NCBI GenBank assembly: GCA_049969475.1
Contig: JBMFOU010000019.1
Span: 187 to 64,186 of the forward strand
Reading direction: 5' to 3'
Origin: Bacteroidales bacterium
Lineage (GTDB): Bacteria > Bacteroidota > Bacteroidia > Bacteroidales > TTA-H9
DNA: 64,000 nt
Shown piece by piece: positions 19,101 through 28,630 of the stretch. The notes under the pieces were generated by a model. The model was not told where the DNA came from and did no database searches. It saw only the letters and a list, made by a program, of their open reading frames with translations. Each line of letters opens with the position of its first letter. Position 1 is the stretch's first letter. A program made the translations under genes and the position numbers.

Positions 19101-19844
19101 ATAATTGAATTTATCCAGAAATTTTGAAGACTGAGCTTCCAAACCTCCGGCATACTGGTTAGATGGCCCCTTGGTGATTACGTTGATAACCCCTGAGGTA
19201 GCATCACCGTACTGGGCCGGAAGTCCTGAGATGATAACCGATACTTGTTCGATAGCCGATGGAGGCAAACTGGATGAACCTGTAACCTTTACTCCATCGA
19301 TATACATCACTGTGGCCTCGCTACGGGCTCCACGCACGCTACCCCGTTCACCATCGGCCGAGAACACACCACCTACCGTTGTGGCAACAGCATTGGCCGA
19401 GCGGTTGGGCATTTTTTCAATCTGTTCTGAGGTTACCGTGGCACCTACTGTAGTTTGGTCCTTCTCGATCAGAGGTACCTTGTAGCTGGTCACTTCCACT
19501 TCAGAAAGGGCTACAGAGGTAGGCTCCAGCTCGATATTGAAAAACTCTATCTTACCAGCGCCTATAACCAATCCCTTGGTAAGCAGGGTTTTATAACCCA
19601 CATACGAACAGCGTACATCGTAGCGGCCCGGATTGATGGGTTTAATGATGTAATTCCCCTCAAAGTCGGACGTGGCTCCACCCGATTGTACCCCATTCAT
19701 CTCGATTACCACGTTGGCAAACGGAATAGGTTCTTTAGTGCTCTTGTCAACAATCTTCCCTTTCAGGGTTCCCGTGGCCTGGGAAAACACCAGCACATGC
19801 GCTGCCAGTATCACCCCCAGCGTTAACAGTATATTTCTTATCAT
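16131..19844 (-). CDS. TonB-dependent receptor with N-terminal carboxypeptidase-regulatory-like domain
   Basis: GTLKGKIVD..TKEPIPFANV, SVRGAR, GLPAQYGDATSGVINVITK plug motif, NPNLK, C-terminal F. Confidence 0.88.
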   Translation of the reverse strand: MIRNILLTLGVILAAHVLVFSQATGTLKGKIVDKSTKEPIPFANVVIEMNGVQSGGATSDFEGNYIIKPINPGRYDVRCSYVGYKTLLTKGLVIGAGKIEFFNIELEPTSVALSEVEVTSYKVPLIEKDQTTVGATVTSEQIEKMPNRSANAVATTVGGVFSADGERGSVRGARSEATVMYIDGVKVTGSSSLPPSAIEQVSVIISGLPAQYGDATSGVINVITKGPSNQYAGGLEAQSSKFLDKFNYNRLGLNLQGPVIRKKDKEKGTSQSILGFFLAGDFLYQGDAAPSNIGRWKVKDDVVEYLKQNPLRPTGLGYGTYPNAAFLSNNDFEQVKNSQNASATSINLSGKLDLRLSQTTNFTLGASANYNRNHSFSYSRSLMNWDNNPLNQNYTYRTFARFTQRFPSAGDSKAFIKNVYYSLQADFSKYHSKTESERHKDNLFKYGYLGRFDTYTTRSYELGSDTVNGHVYNNVYVHNGYRDTMVTFTPADFNWEAARYTQTYYDFYPDVNGNWENFTQLLLGGAKINGMSLDNIYGLWQAPGAVYNGYSEYDADQIGFNGMFSADIGNHEIQFGIQYEQRKESSYGYGPVGFWQLMRGLTNFHILELDQNNPVLVTRDGVFQDTIYYYRKYDAKSQRTFDRNLRRKLGLPVDGVDFINIDSYDFASRTINYYDKDGNLKTITMGEDLFDVSMFSADELLNDGNSYVSYFGYDYTGKKLKKQPTFEDFLTKKNADGDFLREVPAFQPIYMAGYIQDKFAFKDLIFNVGVRVDRFDANQLVLKDPFSLYPTRTVREVTKVGDQTVSHPANMGSDYVVYVDNATNPTRITGYRNGAVWYNADGIEIADPSALDAGSGVTPYLVDPANQTLQRAAFKDYDPQLAIMPRISFSFPISDEALFFAHYDILTQRPQGENRFDITDYYYFNTRTGTLDNPNLKSPKTIDYELGFKQKLNNSSALTLSAYYKEVRNEIQIYRYSGAYPRDYVSYNNIDFGTVKGFTITYDLRRTRNVTMRAAYTLQFADGTGSSPTTAAALIAARLPNLRTPNPLAWDRRHAINLSVDYRYGAGKDYDGPRINRKDKAPIELLRNTGVNFTVIGGSGTPYTRSANITSALSGGSRLLKGSYYGSRLPWQFRVDAKLDKDIDIVWSKKEGEKPKVSTLNLYFQVLNVFNFKNVMAVYPATGNPDDDGYLAAAEWQREINQQLNPDTYRMMYKIYINNPGNYSSPRMMRLGLIFNF

Positions 19845-20047
19845 ACCAGATAGATTTATTAATGATTTGCGTTGTGCTTTTAAAGTCGGTAAAGTTAGAA
19901 AGTTTTAGAAATAATACACAAGAAAAATATCCTCAAGTTTACATTTCTGGGAGTTTTTCTGGGTTTTTAATATGCTGAAATACATAATTTTATGCTTTTT
20001 GATAAAATATGTTTACATTTTAAATTTTCAGATAAAGAGAAAATGAT

Positions 20048-20599
20048 TCAAGGATACGGTCTGTGGAGTATGGCTGAGTAAATGACAGCCTGCCTGGGGT
20101 CGAAACCCTGCAGAAGGGGATGGCTCCATGGTTCTGGCTCATGACTATCAATATGATATCCCGGCGTCATGTGTTCTTCACGAAATTCTATGCTTTCATA
20201 TTGAGGTTTGTTAATCTGTTCAATCAGTGGGGTGTAGGCCAAAGGAGAATAGGGTTCAGTTTTCATGGGACCGGCTGGGCCATTAACAGGGCTTTTTGCA
20301 GCGGGTTGAGGCCTGGGTAGAGGTTTCGGCTTAGAAGGCATTCCTAATAATTCACCCAAAACATCTTCTAAATCTGGTTCTTCCATCGTAATCTCTTTCA
20401 TTTCAGGTACTGGAGCAGGAACATGCTCTGGGGGCCTTTGCGGGCTTGTTTCCCAATCTCTTTTCGGAGATTTGTTCGCCTCTTCCCTCATGGTGGCCTG
20501 TCTTCTGGCCTCCTTTATCTTTTTCTGCTTACGGGAATTCTGGAAAATCCCCAGCACTATCCAGCCAACTACAAGGAGAATGGTTAAAAGATCATCCAT
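20048..20599 (-). CDS. Single-TM hypothetical protein with Pro-rich linker and C-terminal FD.RQAVIYS.IL.RPY motif
   Basis: N-terminal TM after MDDLL (likely start 20599). The C-terminal motif resembles a conserved Bacteroidota hypothetical family. Confidence 0.6.
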   Translation of the reverse strand: MDDLLTILLVVGWIVLGIFQNSRKQKKIKEARRQATMREEANKSPKRDWETSPQRPPEHVPAPVPEMKEITMEEPDLEDVLGELLGMPSKPKPLPRPQPAAKSPVNGPAGPMKTEPYSPLAYTPLIEQINKPQYESIEFREEHMTPGYHIDSHEPEPWSHPLLQGFDPRQAVIYSAILHRPYP

Positions 20600-20732
20600 A
20601 AATTTATTATTTGCGGTGTAAAAATAAGATGAAAAAGACAATAAACCTGCATTTTGTGAGCCATAAACTTGAAAACCCATTCAAAAAGCTGAAAAAAGGC
20701 TGTATGAAAACAACAATCGATTGCAATAAAGC

Positions 20733-21086
20733 TTAGGGATTGCAAGAGGGCTCGCTACGGCTCAAGCCCAACCATCTCCATAAGAAAAATTTCCTGGGGG
20801 TTGAGGCTTTATCGAGCTTCTGGCTATGTTTCTCCGCATTCTTCAAGAGTTTTTTCCCTTCGGGGCCCTGCATTTGCTCGTGCCTCCGTTTTTTGGCTTC
20901 ATACTTTGCAAGTTCCTGCTTGCGGCGTTCCTCCTTCCTCTTTTCTATGGCGCGCTGCTGTCGTTCGGCCTGACTGCTCCGCAACTGGCAACTACTATGG
21001 AGGATTAACCCCCCAATGAAAATGAATATGAGTAAAATGCCATAACTTAATCCTGTTGCCCGCCAAATCTTTCCAAAATTCTTCAT
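20733..21086 (-). CDS. Small basic coiled-coil protein, possible lipoprotein
   Basis: Hydrophobic N-terminus ending in HSSC, followed by a K/R/E-rich helix. Confidence 0.55.
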   Translation of the reverse strand: MKNFGKIWRATGLSYGILLIFIFIGGLILHSSCQLRSSQAERQQRAIEKRKEERRKQELAKYEAKKRRHEQMQGPEGKKLLKNAEKHSQKLDKASTPRKFFLWRWLGLSRSEPSCNP

Positions 21087-21103
21087 GTGAACCTTACCTC
21101 CAT

Positions 21104-21111
21104 TAATTTTG
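21104..21111 (+). promoter_or_regulatory. -7 promoter box (TAATTTTG)
   Basis: TAnnTTTG match. It overlaps the track's TTG start, which supports ATG 21145 as the real start. Confidence 0.55.
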
Positions 21112-21144
21112 CCCCTGCAAAGAAAACACTTACAACGAAATATT

Positions 21145-21600
21145 ATGAATCCAGTGCCCGAAAAGCGTTACTTCGTTCGTCTATTTTTATTCATTGCATT
21201 AATATGGCCCCTGGGCTGGGCTTGTACTGACACCCAGGAAACACCCATCCCCGACGTTTATGTGAACATTGTAATCAACCCCGCTTCCATCGAGTATAAT
21301 AATCTGAATATTCCTGGAAACTATGCACTTATCAAAGGCGGGTACCGGGGAATTATTGTTTATCATTTCCTGCAGGACGAGTATCTGGCCTACGAACGCA
21401 CCTGCACCTACGATTGGGACAAGCCCTGCTCCAAACTGGTGATGGACCCCTCAGGGCTCATTGCAAGGGATACTTGTTGTGGATCGGCATTTCTTTTAAC
21501 TGATGGAACTCCCCTGGAAGGCTCCAAAGCCACCATCCCCCTGAAACGATACAAGACTTTCTACGATGCCAATTATGGCAGGTTGTATATTACCAATTAA
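21145..21600 (+). CDS. Rieske-like (ferredoxin subunit-like) lipoprotein
   Basis: Lipobox GWAC; GGYRGIIV, AYERTCTY, DTCCGS.F...DG, PLKRY pattern. Confidence 0.65.
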   Translation: MNPVPEKRYFVRLFLFIALIWPLGWACTDTQETPIPDVYVNIVINPASIEYNNLNIPGNYALIKGGYRGIIVYHFLQDEYLAYERTCTYDWDKPCSKLVMDPSGLIARDTCCGSAFLLTDGTPLEGSKATIPLKRYKTFYDANYGRLYITN

Positions 21601-22808
21601 CTGCCCTTAACACTTGAGAGATAATCCAACTCTTCCACGGCCAGTAATGCCATGAGGCTGCTCCCGGTTATAAGTGCTTTTTCGTCGATATCGAAGGTGG
21701 CACTATGCAGAGGGGTAAAAGGGCGGTCGGGCAAGGCGGTGCCCAGACGATAAAAACACGCGGGAACATGCTGTCCGTAATAGGCAAAATCTTCGGCCGT
21801 CATGCGCAAATCGAGTTCCACTACATTATCCTTCCCAACCAGGCGCTGAGATACCTCTATGGCTCGTAAGGTAAGGGACTCGTGATTATAAACAAAAGGA
21901 TAGCCCTTGTCAACAAATACTTCAGCAGTAGCTCCATATGCATTGGCTATGCCTGTAACTATGCGGGTAATTAATTCGTGCGCTTCTTTACGCCAGTTTT
22001 CGTCGAAAGTTCGAAGGGTTCCCTCAATGCGGACTTCGTCGGGAATGATATTGGTGCGACCATTGGCTACAAACCGACCAAACGATAAAACAGTAGGCAT
22101 CGTGGGATTGGCCCTTCGACTGACCAACTGCTGCAAGGCCATTACCACTTCACTTCCAATTACTACAGAATCAATATTTTGATGAGGTGCTGCTGCATGA
22201 CCACCCCGCCCTTTTATGGTTATATATATTTCATCGGTACTGGCCATGTATTTCCCGGGCTTAAAACCCACCATACCTACAGGCAATTCAGGGTAAACAT
22301 GCTGGCCAAAAATGGCCTCAGGAGCAGGATTTTGCAAAACGCCCGCCTGTATCATGCGTATGGCCCCACCCGGATATTTTTCTTCCGACGGCTGAAAAAT
22401 ACATTTGACAATTCCCCTAAAACTATCCCGATTTTCCTGAAGAATCATCATCGCGCCAAGCAATGAGGTCATGTGGGCATCGTGGCCACATGCATGCATA
22501 ACTCCGAGTCGCTGAGAACTGTATTCTGTATTGTTCTTCTCCTCGATGGGTAAGGCATCCATGTCGGCCCTCAGAGCCACACACGATTTACCCGTTTGTT
22601 TTCCTTCGATGTAAGCCACCAGGCCCGTTCCGGCAATGCCCCGCTCATGCCTTATACCCAGGCGAGCCAGCCAGCCCGACAGATATTCCATAGTTTCATA
22701 TTCTTGCTCCGAAAGCTCAGGGTAACGGTGCAGATGCCTCCTTATTTCCACCAAGCGGGGAAAGAGCCGCTCAGCCGTGCTGAGAAACTGATGTTCCCTT
22801 GTATTCAT
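21597..22808 (-). CDS. M20D amidohydrolase
   Basis: RRHLH.YPEL, ALRADMDALP, MHACGHDAH, FQPSEE, GGHAA, AEDF, LHS. Confidence 0.93.
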   Translation of the reverse strand: MNTREHQFLSTAERLFPRLVEIRRHLHRYPELSEQEYETMEYLSGWLARLGIRHERGIAGTGLVAYIEGKQTGKSCVALRADMDALPIEEKNNTEYSSQRLGVMHACGHDAHMTSLLGAMMILQENRDSFRGIVKCIFQPSEEKYPGGAIRMIQAGVLQNPAPEAIFGQHVYPELPVGMVGFKPGKYMASTDEIYITIKGRGGHAAAPHQNIDSVVIGSEVVMALQQLVSRRANPTMPTVLSFGRFVANGRTNIIPDEVRIEGTLRTFDENWRKEAHELITRIVTGIANAYGATAEVFVDKGYPFVYNHESLTLRAIEVSQRLVGKDNVVELDLRMTAEDFAYYGQHVPACFYRLGTALPDRPFTPLHSATFDIDEKALITGSSLMALLAVEELDYLSSVKGS

Positions 22809-24655
22809 GATTGCATGCCATTTAGGGTTTGCATATCAAATAACTTGCGATACATTCCGTCGAGAGAATAGAGATATTCGTGGGTGCCTCTTTCCACTAT
22901 CGAACCCTGGTGCATCACGATAATTTCATCGGCCCTGTGAATAGTAGAGAGCCGGTGTGCTATCACAATAACTGTGCGGTTCTCCATAAGATGATCGAGG
23001 GCATCCTGCACCAGGCGTTCGCTCTCGGTATCCAGCGAAGAGGTAGCCTCGTCGAGGATGAGAATAGGAGGATTTTTCAACACAGCCCTGGCAATACTCA
23101 GCCTTTGCCGCTGCCCCCCCGAAAGTTTGAGTCCCCGATCGCCAATGACGGTTTGAAAACCTTCAGGCAATTGCATGATAAACTCGTAGGCATTGGCCAC
23201 CCGGGCGGCTTTTTCCACGGCTTCTTCAGTGACATCTTTCATGCCCAGGGCAATATTGTTAAAAACAGAATCGTTGAAAAGTATGGTATCCTGCGAAACG
23301 ATACCCATAAGCCCCCGCAAATGATCGATGCGGTAATCGCGCAAATCGTGTCCGTCGAGTAGAATATTTCCCTGGGTAGGATCATAAAACCGGGGCAGCA
23401 AATCCACCAGGGTTGATTTGCCACTCCCCGACGGGCCTACTATAGCCAGCGTCTGCCCACAACGAATATTCAGGTTGATATCTTTCAAAACATCGTCCTG
23501 ACCATAATTAAACCACACTCCTCTGTATTCGATGGAATGATCGAAGGTGTGCTTTTCAAGGGCCTGTGGCTTTTCAGTGATCACTTCTTCCGCATTTAGT
23601 ATCTCATTAATACGCTCGATGCTGGCCGTTCCTTTCTGTATATTATAAAAAGCCTGCACGATGGACTTGGCAGGCGGGATCAACTGACTAAAAATACCCA
23701 GATAAACAAGGAAGACCTCGGGCTTAAGGGATCCATAGGGATCTAAAACCAATCGTCCTCCAAACAGCAAAATAACCACTACCACCAGAACACCCAGAAA
23801 TTCACTCAGGGGAGAAGCCAGGTCGCGTTTGCGGTAAAGGCGAATCATCAAGCGGGTGTAGCGTCGGTTTTCTTTTTCGAAGTTACGCCGGGAGGTTTCT
23901 ATGGCATTGAAAGCCTTGATAATACGCAGCCCTGCTATCGACTCTTCTACCAGCGACATCAGATAACCCATCTTTTCCTGGCTCTTGCGCGAGGTTCTTT
24001 TTAGGCTCTTCCCTATCTGGGCAATCAGTAAGCCACTTATAGGTAGTAGGACCAGCACAAATCCGGTGAGCAAGGGATGAATAATAAAGAGTGTAACTAG
24101 ATAACTTATAATTGTTATGGGGTCGCGAAAGATCATTTCCATTGAGCTCATCACCGACCATTCTACTTCCTGCACATCGCCACCCAGGCGGGCCATCAAG
24201 TCGCCTTTGCGCTGCCCGGAATAAAACGACAAAGGAAGTATTAATGATTTATAATACAAGGCATTGCGAAGATCCATCACTACTCCGTTTCGCACCCGGG
24301 CAAGGAAAAACATGGCCAGATAACGAAATAGGTTTTTAAGTAAAAACAGCGTCACAATCACAAGCGCGATATACCACAAAGCCCTCATTTCACCATAGGT
24401 TTCAATAATGCTGCTGATACTTCCGTAGAACCAGCTTTTCAATTCCGCTACGCTATGGATGGCGTGCCAATCGGGGTGATAGTCAATGCCGGGAACCATA
24501 CGCCGGGTGCGATCAAAAAGAATTTCGAGTACCGGAATAAATAGGGCAAACGACACCAGAGAGAAGAGGGCTGACAAAACATTGAAAAAGATATTAAACA
24601 GAGCCGACCCCCAGTAAGGAAGCGCAAATCGTAATATTTTCAAACTTTTAATCAT
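22805..24655 (-). CDS. ABC exporter (TMD+NBD), MsbA-like
   Basis: N-terminal TM domain; [29 protein letters not shown]. Confidence 0.9.
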   Translation of the reverse strand: MIKSLKILRFALPYWGSALFNIFFNVLSALFSLVSFALFIPVLEILFDRTRRMVPGIDYHPDWHAIHSVAELKSWFYGSISSIIETYGEMRALWYIALVIVTLFLLKNLFRYLAMFFLARVRNGVVMDLRNALYYKSLILPLSFYSGQRKGDLMARLGGDVQEVEWSVMSSMEMIFRDPITIISYLVTLFIIHPLLTGFVLVLLPISGLLIAQIGKSLKRTSRKSQEKMGYLMSLVEESIAGLRIIKAFNAIETSRRNFEKENRRYTRLMIRLYRKRDLASPLSEFLGVLVVVVILLFGGRLVLDPYGSLKPEVFLVYLGIFSQLIPPAKSIVQAFYNIQKGTASIERINEILNAEEVITEKPQALEKHTFDHSIEYRGVWFNYGQDDVLKDINLNIRCGQTLAIVGPSGSGKSTLVDLLPRFYDPTQGNILLDGHDLRDYRIDHLRGLMGIVSQDTILFNDSVFNNIALGMKDVTEEAVEKAARVANAYEFIMQLPEGFQTVIGDRGLKLSGGQRQRLSIARAVLKNPPILILDEATSSLDTESERLVQDALDHLMENRTVIVIAHRLSTIHRADEIIVMHQGSIVERGTHEYLYSLDGMYRKLFDMQTLNGMQS

Positions 24656-24668
24656 TCCCGTAAAAGGC

Positions 24669-25313
24669 TTAAGATTGGGATATACCCATGATTTTTAGAA
24701 AAATCTCCCGGCAAATCCAGGCATCTGTAGCAGCATAGAGAATTTGGGCCGGCTTCAGGGGATCGTTTTCCCAATTAGAAGTCTGCTGCCCTTTGGAAAT
24801 ACGGATGCTAAGAAAGAGGGCGGCCAGCTTACGGGCACCAATACTTTGAAATCCGAGGCGGGTACAAAGCTGATTGAGGTCAACCAGAGCTGCCGGCGAA
24901 AATCGACCCATTTGTAAAAGTTCGGGCAGGTCGTTTTCGAGGGCTATACCCACCTTGAGAATGTCTTTATTGTTCATGAAGGAACGTAGGCCTGGAGCAA
25001 AACCCAATTTATTGAGCCGAAACAGGAAAACCATGCCGGGACCGGCCACCTGGAGCAAAGCAGGGGGATTTTTTTCGCCCTTGCGGAAAGCGGGTCGCGA
25101 CTCTGTGTCGATGCCCGTAATGTCCCAAGTACGCATCACTTCAAGGGCCGTATTAAGAGCAGACTGGCTATCAACCACTTCCACCGGTCCTTCGTAAGCT
25201 CCTAGCGGAAGCAACGATATCTCGTCATTACCAATGGACCGGGGCATGCCATCGAGCCGATGAGCCATCCGCCCTATTTCTTCCCTGCTGAATTCTATGA
25301 TTCCCCTGTTCAT
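24669..25313 (-). CDS. DEDDy 3'-5' exonuclease (RNase D/WRN-like)
   Basis: GIDTE, LLQVA, KVG....D, TSNWE, YAATDA. Confidence 0.88.
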   Translation of the reverse strand: MNRGIIEFSREEIGRMAHRLDGMPRSIGNDEISLLPLGAYEGPVEVVDSQSALNTALEVMRTWDITGIDTESRPAFRKGEKNPPALLQVAGPGMVFLFRLNKLGFAPGLRSFMNNKDILKVGIALENDLPELLQMGRFSPAALVDLNQLCTRLGFQSIGARKLAALFLSIRISKGQQTSNWENDPLKPAQILYAATDAWICREIFLKIMGISQS

Positions 25314-25322
25314 ACTTTAAAC

Positions 25323-27911
25323 TTAAAAGTTAACCATCATTTTCACATTGAGCATGCGTGGGGTTAGATAGTTGGGAATAGCATATCGCCTCCCGTTAAT
25401 ATCGGTTACCCATACATAAGACACTGTGTTGCTGAACTGAAGCAAATTAAACACTTCAGCCGTTATCCAGATAGAGGTAAAATGGCGCAGAAATCCGCGG
25501 GTACTCCCGGCTTCGCTCTGAATAAGCTTGGAAAAGCCGATATCAACCCGTCGGTAAGGAGGTGTGCGGAACACATGCTGATAGCGGGGAGAGGCGGGCG
25601 GGCCGAAGGGCAAACCCGTTCCGAAAACCATATTCAGATGCATCTTATAGGTAGGATTATTGGGTAGATAATCCTGAAAAAACAGATTGAAATTCACCCG
25701 CTGGTCGGAGGGACGGGGTAAATAACCAGGTTCTATTCTAACGCTATCCACAGCAACCACATCCGTTGTAAAACCCGGGATAATCTTCTGACCTTCAGCA
25801 TTGTAGTATTCCCAGTAAAAATCGTCTTCAATGTCTTCCATCGATTTCATAAGGGAAAGACCGGCCCAGGATTCCACTCCAGGCACAAATTCTCCGTTCA
25901 CTTTCAGGTCGAGACCGGCGGCGTATCCATGCGCATCGTTGGTGGCTGCATAACGAATCCGTACATTGTCTACATCGTAGGGAATGAGGCGACTTAGGTT
26001 TTTATAATACAACTCCGCCACCAATTTAAAAGGACGTTCCCAGGCTTTAAAGTTATAATCGGCGCCGGCAACCACCTGCACTGATTTTTGAGCTTTAACG
26101 GAAGCATGCACAATGCCGGAATAGTCGCGTAATTCGCGATAAAAGGGAGGCTGGTAATACCAGCCACCAGCCAATCTCAAGACCACGTCTCTTTTCCAGG
26201 CAGGTTTTACTGAGAGCATGGTCCTGGGACTTACAATAGCCTGAGAATTAAGACTCCAGTACTGAGCCCTTACACCCACGTTGAAGGTATAGTTTATGCT
26301 GTCAGATTTCCATGACCAACTTCGCTGAATATATCCCGAAATGCGTTCGGAGCGCGTATTGTTGGTCGCCTTGACCTTTGCAGTTACAGGGAGGGTGAGC
26401 GGGGGTTGTACCGAAGGAAGAATGTAGCCGGCAGAGTCGCGGGTTAGAGGCAAGGCATAACCTGCCGAGTCAATCAGGGACCACTCGCTTATTTTGTCGT
26501 CTATAGCTTCATGTTGAAACTTAAGACCCCAATTAAGGGTCTGGTCTCCTGGCAAAAGAAAAGTTCCTTTATGTTCCAGGGCAACTACCGTAGCATCGAG
26601 GCGGTTGCGCGCATGGTTGAGATAGCTTCCAACCCCCCGCTCTTCAACTACCCGTTGGTTGGCATTGACACTCTGGTCGTTTTCCAATTCGCCAATCCAG
26701 TACTGCCCCAGAATATCGTAGTTTTCGCTTTCGCGACTGCGAAAAGCAGAGGTAATGAATCTGAGCGACAACCGCTCGTGAGGCTTGTATGCCAGCGTAA
26801 GTGCACCCGTCCCGTTGTGAAACTTATCATCTTCTTGCCCTTCGAAATATACCCTGAGCCTATAGGCCTGCTGTAGGGTTCCAAACGATGTTTCGCGGTC
26901 GTGGGGAACCATACGAAACAGATTATGCGAGTAGTTGCCCAGAAAGGCCAGCTCGAGCCTAGGTGAAAGCTTTCGGGTGATATAAGTCTGTATATCAGTA
27001 AAACTGGGCTGATAGTCGGCTTTAGTTTGCAGGGAGCCGAGCAGGTATTGATTGGATTTTTGGCGAAGACCCAACAACCAGGTGGTTTTGCGATCTGAGG
27101 AAACCCCCTCAAGCTGCAGCGAGGCACCCAGAAGGCTCAATGAAGCAGAGCCTCCGAAGGAAGTGGGTCTGCGGTATTGAATATCGAGCACCGACGACAT
27201 CTTGTCTCCATAACGGGCCTCGAAACCACCGGCCGAAAAAAGAATAGAGGAAACCAGGTCGGGGTTGAGAAAACTCAGACCTTCCTGCTGCCCGCTCCGG
27301 ATAAGAAAAGGACGATAAATTTCTACATCATTGACATACACCAGGTTTTCGTCGAAATTACCGCCCCGCACCGAATACTGGCTGCTTAGCTCATTGTTGG
27401 ATGAGACCCCTGGCATAGTCTTGATAATCGATTCTATGCCTCCGCCTACGCCGGGCAAAACCGCCGCAATCTTGGGGTTTATACGGGTAAGGGTGGTGCC
27501 TCTTATCTGCTGGTCTTCAATCATTACGCCCTGCAGCTCGGAGGCCACATAGCTCATTTTCAGGTTAATCACCTTTATCTCTCCCGGCTTGAGCATCAGC
27601 TCCTCACGTTCAGTGCGATAGCCCACGAAGGTTATCACCAGCTCCAGCCGTTTATTGGCTGGCACCGTAAGCTGGAATTCGCCATCGGCATTGGTAACCG
27701 TCCCTCCCGGCATACCTTGAAGGGAAATATTGACCAACTCGAGTGGTTCCCCCCCTGGTCCGGTTATTTTTCCCTTGATGCGGGCATATTGCTTCTCCTG
27801 CGCTACCCCTGTAATCCATAAAAAAGATAACAGCAACAGAAAAAAGCAGCTTCTCAGCGAGCAAAAACCCGCTTCTAATGGATTTCGCTGTGTCAATGCA
27901 GTTGAATTCAT
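25323..27911 (-). CDS. TonB-dependent receptor with carboxypeptidase-regulatory-like N-terminus
   Basis: YSVRGGNFDEN, GGFEARYGDKMSSVLDI plug, C-terminal F. Confidence 0.88.
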   Translation of the reverse strand: MNSTALTQRNPLEAGFCSLRSCFFLLLLSFLWITGVAQEKQYARIKGKITGPGGEPLELVNISLQGMPGGTVTNADGEFQLTVPANKRLELVITFVGYRTEREELMLKPGEIKVINLKMSYVASELQGVMIEDQQIRGTTLTRINPKIAAVLPGVGGGIESIIKTMPGVSSNNELSSQYSVRGGNFDENLVYVNDVEIYRPFLIRSGQQEGLSFLNPDLVSSILFSAGGFEARYGDKMSSVLDIQYRRPTSFGGSASLSLLGASLQLEGVSSDRKTTWLLGLRQKSNQYLLGSLQTKADYQPSFTDIQTYITRKLSPRLELAFLGNYSHNLFRMVPHDRETSFGTLQQAYRLRVYFEGQEDDKFHNGTGALTLAYKPHERLSLRFITSAFRSRESENYDILGQYWIGELENDQSVNANQRVVEERGVGSYLNHARNRLDATVVALEHKGTFLLPGDQTLNWGLKFQHEAIDDKISEWSLIDSAGYALPLTRDSAGYILPSVQPPLTLPVTAKVKATNNTRSERISGYIQRSWSWKSDSINYTFNVGVRAQYWSLNSQAIVSPRTMLSVKPAWKRDVVLRLAGGWYYQPPFYRELRDYSGIVHASVKAQKSVQVVAGADYNFKAWERPFKLVAELYYKNLSRLIPYDVDNVRIRYAATNDAHGYAAGLDLKVNGEFVPGVESWAGLSLMKSMEDIEDDFYWEYYNAEGQKIIPGFTTDVVAVDSVRIEPGYLPRPSDQRVNFNLFFQDYLPNNPTYKMHLNMVFGTGLPFGPPASPRYQHVFRTPPYRRVDIGFSKLIQSEAGSTRGFLRHFTSIWITAEVFNLLQFSNTVSYVWVTDINGRRYAIPNYLTPRMLNVKMMVNF

Positions 27912-27925
27912 GAAATAATTGGCGC

Positions 27926-27933
27926 CAAAGTTA
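27926..27933 (-). promoter_or_regulatory. -7 promoter box (TAACTTTG) for the TBDR-exonuclease-ABC-M20 operon
   Basis: TAnnTTTG match about 15 nt upstream of the ATG. Confidence 0.55.
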
Positions 27934-28098
27934 AGGATTTACCTTTAGCCTATTTTTTTAACGGCATGCCTAAAGCTTTAGTGCAATGCTCAACGATTTT
28001 TTAAGGGTATGAAAGCTATAATTATTCAAATGAGCACATCTATGCACATCCGTTGATCTATTACTTTAGATAAAAACCCAACCCTTCATTCTGAATTT

Positions 28099-28136
28099 AA
28101 AAAAGAGAGAGGCTGCCGGAGATCCAACAGCCTCTC
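28099..28136 (-). terminator. Intrinsic terminator downstream of rpmB
   Basis: GAGAGGCTG/CAGCCTCTC stem followed on the minus strand by TCTTTTTT. Confidence 0.75.
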
Positions 28137-28170
28137 ACCGGGGCTATTCACCCCCAACAAGTGCACACAA

Positions 28171-28413
28171 TTACTCAATAACAATAATACCGTTGGAAGC
28201 AGCATCTTTCAGCGCTGCCAAAATACCTTTCTTATGGATGATGCGAAGGCCGGCGGCACTCACCTTGAGTTTAATCCATACACCCTCTTCAGGAATGTAA
28301 AAGCGCTTCACCTGCAGGTTGGGATAAAATCTGCGTTTGGTTTTGCGGTTGGAATGCGATACAGAGTGCCCAGTTAACGGCTGTTTTCCGGTGATATCAC
28401 AAATTCTGGCCAT
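28171..28413 (-). CDS. rpmB: 50S ribosomal protein L28
   Basis: MARICDITGK...GHSVSHSNRKTKRRFYPNLQ. Confidence 0.97.
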   Translation of the reverse strand: MARICDITGKQPLTGHSVSHSNRKTKRRFYPNLQVKRFYIPEEGVWIKLKVSAAGLRIIHKKGILAALKDAASNGIIVIE

Positions 28414-28597
28414 GATATTGACTGTTTTTAATGATTCAATAAAAAGAGTCCCTGAAAAGGGAGTGCAAAGTTCGGTATTTTTTCAACATAAACAAGGTTT
28501 TAACAAAAAATTTTGATTTATCTCTCCTAATCCCGCGATAAGAAAAATAATTTCAGCAAGCCCCCTGTTTCAAAAAAACGGCTGACCCGATTAAAAT

Positions 28598-28630
28598 TTT
28601 GGTAAAAGTCAAGCCTATATTTTATATTTG
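28598..28630 (+). promoter_or_regulatory. Full Bacteroidota sigma-A promoter (TTTG-N21-TATATTTG) for the TerB operon
   Basis: -33 TTTG at 28598-28601 and -7 TATATTTG at 28623-28630. Confidence 0.65.
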
